64,000 bases of DNA from Phoronis australis. Lineage: Eukaryota > Animalia > Phoronida. The DNA lies in NCBI GenBank assembly GCA_002633005.1, contig NMRA01000081.1, forward strand, positions 623,625-687,624. The letters are read 5' to 3'. Shown in pieces: positions 27,701 to 39,700 of this stretch (position 1 is its first letter; every line of letters begins with the position of its first letter). Both the position numbers and the translations under genes were made by a program. Under the pieces are notes generated by a model, which ran no database searches, was not told where the DNA came from, and worked only from the letters and a program-made list of their open reading frames with translations.

Positions 27701-30700
27701 AATACCTCAACAGATTAAGTTTAAAATGTTTGATGAAATCTGATGAAAATGAAATACCGGTGTCTAAATATTCCAAGAAATCTGACTCAGCTAAGCCAAA
27801 TCTTCAAATTGCGTCAATTTTAAGACAAAATTTACGTTTGTCTTAAGTCTGTTTTAAGAAAGTGATGTTAAGTTTGATTTAAGTTTTGCCTTAAATTTGA
27901 CATAAATTACCGTAAGTTTCAAAGTTTGAAGGTTGAGACAAATCAAGTCAAAAGTGAACATAAGTTGGTTTCTTGGAGCGGGTCCCAATGGTTTTGTATT
28001 GCACGAGCCTCTTCAGCACCTCTAGCAACATACCATTGGCAATAGACCAACCTGGGTGTATATATGCTTTCAGACTCGCAACACTGTGAGAAGAGTGGTT
28101 GTGACCATTGCGTTGTGACCCCTGGTGGGTTTTACTGTAAGTGTCCTACGGGACAATTCTTACTGCCTGGTGGGAGATCATGCAGTCAAGGTCGTATGAA
28201 GTGGCTGCCGTCCAGAATATTCCGGTGTGACGAATCCTGTCACGTGAATGCCTTGTGTGGACAGCTGTCGTCTGGCATGGCATACAGATGTGTATGTAAA
28301 GCAGGCTACTTTGGTGATGGTGTGAATAGTTGCCAAGGTAACAATGGTTTTAGTTGCTTAAATAGCCATACTAAAGCAATGGTAAAGTTAGTGATAAAAT
28401 TCAGGCTTGATAAAGAACTAAGAAACACTGGACTTGGACAGGAATACGGAACATTTCACATTGGCGCTCTCTGGAACAAAGAGAGTGCAAAAGTGACCTC
28501 CGATTGATCCCAACTCAGATTTGGTGGACAGAAATTCAATTACTACGTATTAAAAAAACACAGGAAACAATTCGTCTGTCAGCCCTCATAGCTTCGTTAG
28601 TTTAAGTACATTAATATATTTTAGCTTCTCCACATAGACTGGGATCATCATATACCCTCTTAATCAGCTGCAGCCGCTAGCTTTTGCCACGGATTCTTCT
28701 TCGCAGTGGGAAATACGTGGAACATGATGTCCGTGTTCATCCTTTTATATTTCAAAAAGTTTGCCTTTATTCGTAAGGCATCAGTGTACCCCATCGCACA
28801 GCAGCGGGGATTTGCCGACATTATAATAGCAAGGAAGTTGTTAAAACGCAGTTTATACCAGTAAGTTGCCATGCTCCGTACGTATTACACGGGATCTATG
28901 GGTGGTGCTGTACGCCTGTCCACCAAAAACCTGATCGTCGTCTGACAAGATGGTGGATTTTCAAAAATGACGTGGCTACTTAGAAAGACAGCTTATTGCG
29001 AAGTTAGGTGGTCCCAAAACTCAAAACGTGGTTATAGATACGCCAAACTCGAAGTTATGACCCAAAATGAATGATGCATGTAGCTTAAAGTACGAAAATT
29101 TCGTTGTGGATAAAGAATGTTGTGATACAAACGCCATCCATACCATGCGACAAGTACCAGCTTTGGCAGAGTACTTTGCAGCAATAACAGCTACCTTGCC
29201 AAATCTGGGGCTTTCCATGTTTAAATTACTCTCACTCAATGTATCCGTTTGTGTACATACAAATTTCAAGTCGTCTATTTATTCCAGCTTGTCCTGTAGA
29301 CACGTACAAGGAAGAAATGGGGAACTCTAGCTGTTCTCCGTGTCCTTCTAACTCCAGCACACACGACGTTCTTGGTAGCACCACCTGTCACTGTTACCAT
29401 GCCAACACGGTGTTCAGAAACAACGAATGCACTGGTAGGTCCTCGTATTGGTGAAAAACTGTTGTACTTACTTATCTTTGGCCGAGGTTCCATTCCTAAC
29501 ACTGGGTTCCAACAGTTAAATCATGGTCGTCTTAGACATTTCATTGCATTACGTAGACGCTAATTTTCATCAAAACCATTTAAAATACGTCTACATAAGT
29601 GCGCTAATCGGCGACTTTAAAATCAATCCTACACAAAAACAATCGGCAAACTCGAGATTCATCGGAAACAGGTTTTCTTCCAGTTTTCGAACAGTATTTC
29701 GTATATTGTTCTAAACTCCCCTCTACCCCCACACATCACCACCAGCTCTAACCACGACCCAGGACTCACAACCCCCTCGACCCACGGCCCACAACCCCTT
29801 CGACCTAATCTACACAAGCTCGACTCGATCTGAGCATAGAACAAGCACTGACTTGCAAGACCAACGAGTGTGGCCGTGAGGTCGGCTGGTTTTCCCTGTT
29901 TTTTTGCAACTAAGAGAGCAAGTTTGAAAGCCAAAAACCAACACGACCAAATCAAATCAAAGACCTATATACCAACGTTAAAAATGTCGTTCCTGGCAGA
30001 GTGTAATCGTATCGTCTGCTCTTCAGTGAATGGCAGATTCAATTTGTTTTGGGAGAGTGCGAGGAACCAACACATTTTAAGTCAATGTTGTCATATTGTA
30101 AACAGTTACCCTTATGAGAAAGTCACTCATCGATGTGATACGATTATGGAATGTGTAAAATGCGCAAAGATACATCTATTGCCCCAGATCGTGGGTCGAG
30201 GGCATCGTGGGATTCGAGAAGGTCGAGGGGTTTATAGAACAATCCGTTTTTCTTGACATGTGACATGTTTTACGCTTTTTAAACCAAAGAAAATAATAAA
30301 AGAACACATAAAAGAATATCCACTTTTCGCTGCCTGGGTTAGCGTCCTCGACCAAATAAATTGCATTTCGTTTTTGTAAAGGGCATTCTACAAGTTAGCC
30401 ATTATCGATCATTTTAAAAAGCTACATTTTTGGTTGTCGTTTCCCGGTTGGATGCGTACATGATTAAAAGGCAGTGTGAAGCCTAAGGTACAATTTAAGT
30501 GAACACGCAATAGTGTGGACTGGGCCTCAATTCACCAAATACACGGTGTGGGGACCTGTACTACGTGTTCGGTCTGCTCATGAGGAGTAAGGCGTCATCA
30601 TGAGAAAAATCGGTGAAAATTCCCCAACAAGGCCTACTTTAGGAGATCATTTACCTCGTTACACATGACTATTTGCAATGAAACTGTTGGCATTCACTCA

Positions 30701-33700
30701 GCGGAAGTGTAGTCGTTGAATGTGACCTTAATTACATTAATAGAGTCCCTATACTGACTATGCTCAATAGATTTCACTGATTGTTTACACAACGATAAAC
30801 TTCGAATTTCAATTTATTACATTGCTTCTTGTTTGGCTATTTTTTGTATTTGAGTACCACCATGTTGCCATGGACAACGCGCATAGATGATATTTGCAAT
30901 TTGTAGCTTAACTCATGTAGCATTTTATGATAACTACTTTCAAAATATCTGTACGGACTCGTCATACTCGAGTTTCGCGTGACTGTCCGAACTCGTCATG
31001 AGCAACTGTACAATTTCGCATTGAGCCGATGGTGTTTTCAACTTATTGTTGTCGTCTAATTATGCATCAATACCCGCAGAAAGTAACTCATTCCTATACA
31101 TGTAAACCAGTATCTTGATAAAAAATGTCAAATGACTGCAATCGGATTTCCAGCCAAAAACTTGCTTCCCAGAAATAACTGAGATTTGTTGTTTTCTATG
31201 ACGAAAACCACGTAAATTGCCCAGCACCAAACTCGAAAGATTAGCCGACTTTTGCAACGACTTCGAACTGGAGGAACTATCTAAAATTCACATAAAGCAG
31301 ACCGCAAGGTTTGGCGCGTGAATGACACCAATTTCCACATTTGGCATGCAGGAACGCCATTTTCTTGAATTTCTCTAGTTCACGTCCCTCCTTAGTGGTA
31401 CTAACTCTTTCAATCTCAGTGACAAAATGCCACATATTTTGTATACATTCTTTCAACACCAAGTCCAGATAGGGTGGGAATTTGTTAAAATATTTGTCCC
31501 TAATGGACTAAATGCGTAAAAGGTTCAGCCCTAGTAGCCTATCCGATAGATAAGATACGATATAAATGGACAACAACAACACTTTTGCAGCTATTAGTAC
31601 TACTAACCCCAATCATAACCAAGTTAAAGATGCCATGTCTCATTAGATTGTGAATATGCAAATGAAGTGCTAGTTTACAAACACCCCGGGTCTTCCGCTA
31701 CGATGGCGGAAAACATCCGATGATTCACTACTCCGGAGATTCACTACTCCGAAGGTTCACCACTCTGAAGGTTGACAGCTCCGAAGGTTCACCATCTTCG
31801 AAAGTTCACTACTTTGAATGTCCACAATTCCTATACCGGAACCCCCATACCGGAACTCCCACAGTTCATTTGACTCCGATTGTGTATTAATGAGCCGGAA
31901 CTGATGTGAATAAAATATCATAATTGTATCCATTTATTAACCATTTTTAAAAATGGTGTGCAAGAGTTGAATAGTACCATGAAGAGATAACCAGGATCTC
32001 TTCCTGATAGTACCTAAAACACTGATTACATTGTTTACCATCGAACTCAGTTCCAGTCAATGCCAATCGTGATTCTTGAATCTAACCGAAGACTCGTCCT
32101 CAATTAGGGCCAACATATGGGGCACGGGTCTGGGTTGCGGCGACCAGCTGCGGTTTTAAATTTAAGATGACTGGATAAGACTCGTGAAGACTGGCTGGGA
32201 CAGGGTAGCCTACTAACTACATTTAGTTTCGACCTGGTCGTGCGAGTGGTTCCGTTAGGTGAGAACGAGATGCAGCTGCCTTAAACTTTTCATTTGCATT
32301 GTGACATGGTGCAATCTTGACATGGATTTGATGAATGTATCGTGGTTGATAATTAATCAATATACCTACTTCATATTCTTCTAGAAACGCAAGTACATAC
32401 ACACTTTTACGTATTCGAAAGACATGTGGGCAATTTTGCATGCGCATGAAATACAAACAACGTGATTTATTATCCGGGGAATGTTTCGGAATAGTTGCCC
32501 TTAATGACCGAAATGTTGTTCATATTTTTCATGTAAAACTATAACAATTACACCTGATTTCGAAAGTTTAGATATTTTGGAGTGGTGAGCTTTCGGAGTA
32601 GTGAACCTTCGAAGTAGTCAACCTTCGGAATAGTGGGCTGTTCCCATTTCCAGCGATGTAAGCTATGAGTAACTCGCAAAAATGCCATCACATGAAAAGT
32701 TTCCTCGTCATTCTCCAACTAAATATTTCCGTCCGAGTATGTAATGAGGTGTAATCACTCATTTAAACACGCCCGATTTGAAAGTTTGACAGAAGGGAAC
32801 GCGAGAATGTTCCATTTATGGACCACATTATATCCGAATTTGAGTCCCGTTCTTTGCGAGCAACTGCCACGTACAAATTCCGTCTTATCCCAGGAACATA
32901 AGGCCCTCAGGGCCTTACCGAAAACTCTAGTGTTGACGTTTGCAAAATATCAAAGGTCCACATGCACGCACCCACGGGGGGGGCTCGAGGGCTCGAATGA
33001 GCCCCCCCATTTGGCGAAGTGAGCACAAAGGTCTGCCTCAGAGAAACAAAAAGTCCCAGAAAACGAGACAAAAGTCCAATAAAAAGGCGAAAACGCACAA
33101 TTGAAGACCCATTTTTTTAGTCCTCCCGCTCTTTTCTTAGCAAAAGATCCACATCGTAAAAAATTCGAGCCCCCCATATTAAAGGCTGGGTGCGCGCATG
33201 GTTCCGCACCTTTCTAGAAATTCGAACCACCCCCCCGAAATGCTGGCTACGGGTCTCAGTTCCTCTACTCTCTCATTTTCCTGTTTAAGTCTTTGTTGTC
33301 CGTCATCTTCGTAACCGAACAGGTCAATGGCTCCACCAGTTTTAGTTTTACCCGGCATTTATCTTCTAGCCGTCAAAGCTAAACTGACACGCACTGGCTT
33401 TGAGTGCGATATCAACAAGTTCATGAATAATTACAGGTGTCATTGACTTATCCACTTTTGGCATCGGCAGTTGCTTCTTGTTTGGCACGGCAAAGTTTAT
33501 TTTCCATTCTAATAGGTCTCCGCCAAATTTCATTCCGATATGCTTGAATGCTCACATGAATCTCAAACTTTTTCCGTGGAAAAGTTTGTATCTGATCCCC
33601 TTAAACTTCACGATGTCGTTCGAGTACCTCAGTATTACGGTGTTGTCGAGGGTAACGATTCTGCCACATCTAAAAACAGTAAGAGCGCTATAGTGTCCAA

Positions 33701-36700
33701 GGGGAACGTGCCATCTGCTATCATCCTATTAATCTTGACCCAGGTGTTTGACTTTCCTACTGTTTTCAAAAATCGATCATGCATGATGTGACATCACATA
33801 TTTCTTTTATTATACTTTATTCTCGTGCTAAATCTGTCTGTACTCGTATATCCCTTTCGCAATCTTTTCGCTCGGTGTATTCTTCATCTTTGCCTTCTCG
33901 TTCTTCTTTTGACTTCTTCATAGATGGACTCTTGTGATCATACTCTTTTCCTCTTATAGATATATTTTGCTTGAAATGGTTTCGCAGCCCTCTTCCAAAA
34001 CAATGTTGGGAATGTACCCGTATTTTTTACTCTGAAACATTCCAAACCGCTGCGTTCATGCAATGTCAGGTACCTAATTCTTAGTACTTGATCGCCGTGA
34101 TCTACGATGCCGTGGCCAATTACTTCAGAAAAAGGATCTATGCCAACACAGACGTAACAGCACTCGTAGCTGGTTGATTCGAAAAAATTGTAATGAAAAT
34201 GCTTTCACATTGACTTCACTCTGACCAAAATGGTTAATGACAATGGCCTAACATTTCCTACATGTGCTCTCACTTTACACACATCCAATCTTCCTCAAGT
34301 CACCTATCCGACTATACGCCTTGAGAACTATTGGTAATTGTAAAGTTAAACGGTCTATTCTGGTTAAAATTTGAATAATTCTTAATCAGCTCACTGACAG
34401 TTCGTACAGTTTTCAAAAATCTACTCACGATGAGTCCGTACAGTTGGCTCAGGCGAGTCCGTACAGTAGTTTGTCTGACTGCCTAATTTACACTTTCCAT
34501 ATTTTTACTAATCTGAGCACACTTTTAGCTGAAACTTTTGCAGCACATGCACATCTTAATAAAATATTACTTACAGTAAGAAATCTATTAAATAAACGAC
34601 ATAATGCATCATTTCATAACAAACTTTCACCGATATTCCTGATATTTTCACAGCACCTTGGCTACCGAGTCGTGCTGAGCCGTTGTTGCTGGTCACTAAC
34701 GTGAGATGCTTTCAGCGTTTGCTACGACTCTTTTAAAAGTTAGCTTAAAAGCTATTGAACAGAACAGTTTCTAATTACATATATAATCGATTTCTACATT
34801 TTAAAGACAATTTCGTTCGACTGGTTTTCTATTCCTACATCAAATTCTCATGACGACGCTGTACTCCTCGTGACCAGTTCAAACATGTAGTACAGGTCCC
34901 CACACCGTGGAATAGGCCTGTGGGTTGAAGATATTTTGAATCCAAAATGCCCTCTACATATCAGTAGCTGAGACGTACGGTGTCGAAGTTAAACGCATGT
35001 GCCTTTGTGCGGGACATTTGAGTGGAAAGGTCTTACTAAAAAGCATTTTTCCGCATGTAGGAGCGTGCGCTTATTTACGGGATTGGAAGAACTATAAACT
35101 GTACTATGTGAAGTGTTGCCTTGACAGCTATGTTAATCTTGAAACAATGTGAAACTTTTGACTCCAATGGTGATCACAAAAATCAGATGCATAATGGGTA
35201 ATCGCAGGTCATTTTATCAGATTAGTTTTCGCCTATATTGTAAACAATGAAGAGCCAAGTAACGAAAGCTTGCTCAACAAGCCATGGTTCGTTTGTAGAC
35301 ATTTCTTTGACGTCAACTCCACTGCCAACAAGAGTCGTTACGACACTCGGGCTCCATGAAAATAGCCGTGTAACGAACCAGTGGTCCACAATTTCCCATA
35401 CGACTCAGACAGCTAGAACGTCAACAACGGAAGTGTCCTCCCGTGTAGGTAAGTGATAATGTAGTGACTGCTTACACCATGATAAGAATTACTTAGGTGA
35501 AAAGCAATTCCTTTACTGCGGATATCAAACAGAAGCGGACGTGCTCCGATGTAATCACAATAGCTTGTTCAACTTTGTGTACTGTTGCTGCATCTGTTGT
35601 CTGAATGAAAATAATCCGTTGTGAGAACAAAACAAACACTTCTTTTTAGCCTTACCTCAAGTCTGTCCGATTTGTCTGCGACTCAACCGTTGCACGACTG
35701 CGTGTTGACCATGGTTCGTCGCAGAGTGTGGACACCTCATCGTAGTGACAATGGCATCGCACAACCGATGCGCGACGAAAATTAGTGCTACGTACGACTT
35801 ACATGTCAAATCAACATTGTACCTTGCTGAAATTTTCGGCAGAATGTTCTTCATTAGTTGCAAGCTAGAAGTTTCGAACTGCGAACAAAGGAGGACGTTT
35901 AGATTTAAAATTCAATTAATTATGCATCCTCAGTGATTTTGACGATATTTCCATTACGAGTCTGTCGGTCATAAAATTTTGTAGTTAGTGGTACTTCTGT
36001 AATTTTAGTTTACGCATGTAGTATTCTATTCCATTAAAGTAATGATGTCTATCAAATAAATTAATAATTGCTACTTGCATTTACATGTACTGGAATTGTC
36101 TATTAGAGGAATCTGTTCAGCTTAATGGCATCATATAACGCAATGTTTTGATTTCACGAGTCAAAGACTTATTTCATGATTAATATTTGTGGATTTCAAT
36201 GGCACTGATAACGAGATTTGTCTGGAATTTTGTTTGTGTGTAAACACTGGATATTTTAACAAAAATGTGATGCCGGTAGAAATGACACGTCACCAGCCCT
36301 TCGACCGGTCGCCTTCTAAATTATGCAAGCAAATTCTTTCTCTTATCATTTCAGTTCCACCTCCATACTTTGAAAATTGTCCAAATGGTGAGGTGATAAT
36401 ACTTGCATTGCCCGACCACTCATCAACTGTTTCGCTAAAGCTCTCACCAACGGCAAGAAACTACAATGGATCCCTCCTGCCGGTGTCATCCAATCACGGC
36501 ACCGTGTTTGAGTGGTCCGGGGTGGGTTCGAATGGTTACCAACACGTGAAGTATTGGGCTGAAGATTACGAGGGACAGCACGTCACATGTGCATTTCAAG
36601 TGTATGTTTTGGGTAAGTCAAGTCGTGTTGGATAATGTTGTCAAGTATATAATGTTTATTATTCTAATACATAAATATGCCATATTATTTGTTTCTGAAC

Positions 36701-39700
36701 ACCTGTGCGTGATTTTATGTGATCTCGCCAAACTCGTTCTACGGAACGCACCCCTGTTTATCAGTATTGCAGTCATTGTGATCATCAGTGTTGTAGTTAG
36801 TGAACGACATTGTAATGACGTACAGGAAGTATACGTGTTGAACTGTTCTTGCTGTAGACACCACTCCACCTAGATTTGAGTTCTGTCCAACTGACATCGC
36901 TGTCTCCACCACGCTCAAATCAGTACAGGTTCATTGGAGGGAGGCCGTTGTCAACGACAATGTTGACATTCTAATGGTTAAACCGAGCACCGAATCTGGT
37001 AGCTGGTTCAACTCGGGCGCCTCCCAAGTAGTCACATACAGAGCTACGGACCCAGCTGGCAATATGGCTTCCTGCAGTTTCGTAGTCTCTGTGAACGAAG
37101 ACAAGGGTGAGTAAAAAACATTCAGTTTCAAAAATTTCGGGCTTTCTACTTTCAATTATATACATTTGCTGAATTAAAATCTATGGTTTGAAGATATTTG
37201 GCTAAATCCACAAGGTTTATCGATAAGGTTACATACGTGGAACTCAACTTCAGTAGCACTATTGCATGCCAAAGCTGCTTTAGGAAACATGAAGTCAAAT
37301 ACATATAACTACTTATACGCTGTTGAATCTTTGTTGTTTCAGTTGCATGTGATGTGACAGGGCTTGTGCCTAAAGGAGGCGCTTTGGTATGTGCGATTAA
37401 TGATCTGGCCATGTGGCAGTGTAACGTGTTATGTGATTACCGAACACATGCACTCAACCCGTCCCACAATTTCGACCAAGGAATTATCTGTGCTGATGGT
37501 GGCTGGATGAAGACATCCCACAAAAAGCATATGGCCCGAGCATGTTTAGGTATGGCAATATACTTAGGCATGACTTATATAATAATGGCGGCCTTGATTT
37601 GAAATTTTAAATAAGTTCAGTTGTCAATATTACAAGCCACGTAAAATGCTTCAGGGAACCCAACTCAACGTGAAACAATAGACAACCTTATACTACCAAG
37701 AATTTCCAGGTCCCGGATAGGGACCCTATATGTGGGTACTCGACTACGGGAAAGCTTTCCCTTTATTTCAAAACAACAATGATTATATTCATATAAATTA
37801 CTTAAATTCAAATAAGTATTGACCTTTGATAGGAATAAATCACCTCACAAAAACGAACCACTGACCCAAAACGCGGGTTTCCCACCAAGTACACGAATCA
37901 CGAGGCTGTCAGTTATTTAGCGAAAACGAGTACCATTCTGCGCAAAAAGGAGCTACATTTAGGCACACAACATTTAGTTCTACGCATATAAATGGTCATT
38001 TGGCGGATATAATTAGGCGGATGTAATACGCTTGGGTGTACCTGTTTTATTACATGTACATTATTTCCATACGATAAAGAATTATGTAACAGACAAATTT
38101 ACTAAGCCGGTTTTCAAGCCCTGTGACTCGATGATTCGGATGACTCTGTCGAACTGTATTCAGATACCAACTTTGGTGATCGGCGCTACACCGGCTAAGC
38201 TAATAATTTTTATGCGCCCACATATTTATATGTGGACGCATTATGCCGTCATCTCCGTCCGGGCGGCGTCCGGCGTCCGCTGCTCTATCTCCAAAACCCT
38301 TTGACATACGTTCATAAAATTTGGCACATATGTTCCATTTATGAATGGGAGGGCACGTGCGAACTTTCGGACGGATCCGACTACCGGTGTGCCCCCTAGT
38401 GGCAATTTTAGTTTTTTATGCTTACCTTTGTATCTTCAAAAGTCCTGAACGGATTTTCATGAAATTTGGTATGTAGGCACCTATTAGTGAGATGACGCCA
38501 TCCTCTTGTTTTCAGATGGATTCGACATAGTTTGCACCACCTAGTGGCCAGTTTGCGCCACCTAGTGGCCATTTTTAGTATTTTCGATTCTGTTTTTGTG
38601 CGTCCACCCCTCTATCAACCAAACCGCTCAAAGGATGATTGTGAAAATTGGCATGTATGTGCTTACTATAAAGAAGACAGCTGACAATGATTTTCAGACG
38701 ATTTGGACTACTGTGGCGCCTCCTAGTGGCAGTTTTTTTTTGCGCCTATGGCTGTATCTCCTAAACCGTTCGCAGGATCTTTACGAAATTTAATAAGTGT
38801 ATTTATATGATGTTAACAACAGACGATGNNNNNNNNNNNNNNNNNNNNNNNNNNNNNNNNNNNNNNNNNNNNNNNNNNNNNNNNNNNNNNNNNNNNNNNN
38901 NNNNNNNNNNNNNNNNNNNNNNNNNNNNNNNNNNNNNNNNNNNNNNNNNNNNNNNNNNNNNNNNNNNNNNNNNNNNNNNNNNNAGTATTTTACATTGACC
39001 TCTGTATTTTCATAGGTCTTCAGGTGTATACTTTGTGTTACTTCGTGACTATGAAGGAAAAGTTCCAAGTAGAAATTTGTTTCTGGCATTCTAATGCTGT
39101 GCTAATCTCGTATGTTGGTAAATTTGTTTTTAATTCTATGTTTCTGTGGTGCTTTAAGCAACTGATGTATAGGATGTGCTTGTATTACGAAGATCACTCA
39201 CATTTTGCCCCTAGCCTATTTAGGAGACAATGACCATGCCTTTCCATTTTGCAAAGTACATCATACTACATATATGCCCTCTACTGGCCACTTTATGGTA
39301 CCGATAAACAACCCTAGAAGGATACCGTATACGGTGCAATTGTGGGCGCATTTCAACGCTCTGCGTTGCTCTTGTTTAGCTGGCAGCGCCAAAATTTTTA
39401 CCTCTTAGTAAATTCTGGTCTTTAGCAATAGTTTACAATAGTCGGCACCCAACTGCTGTGTAACCCGTCCCGTGGACGGTATTTTAAGTTCACTAGTGTT
39501 GTGCTTAAAAACATTACCACACTTATCCGGTATGGAGTATAGCTAAAGTACAGAACGCGCACCGATATACCGTACTCGTCCGCGTTACCACCCAGAGCGC
39601 TTAAACTGGGAATCTAAAAAACAGGGGGCAGGCGGTAAGCCGAGCATGAGCGGTTAAAATCAATTTTTTGAAAAGTCGGGAGTTGTTGCTTACTGCACAG

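Larger units (their letters stand above)
30542..34909 (-). mobile_element. 4.4-kb DNA transposon with CACGGTG termini (Transib- or Chapaev/CMC-like ends), decayed ORF and nested insertions
   Basis: About 65-bp imperfect TIRs starting CACGGTGTGGGGACCTGTACTAC; flanks AAATA/GAATA; subterminal inverted CTGTACGGACTCG motifs. Confidence 0.85.

Noticed and set aside
31722-31820. CRISPR-like short repeats
   Set aside because: No unique spacers or cas genes, and the context is eukaryotic.
30542-34909. Calling the element a RAG or ProtoRAG transposon
   Set aside because: No RAG1- or RAG2-like sequence or nonamer was seen. Only the terminal heptamer and the apparent TSD length are similar.
38790-39233. 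ORFs spanning the N run
   Set aside because: Artefacts of the assembly gap.
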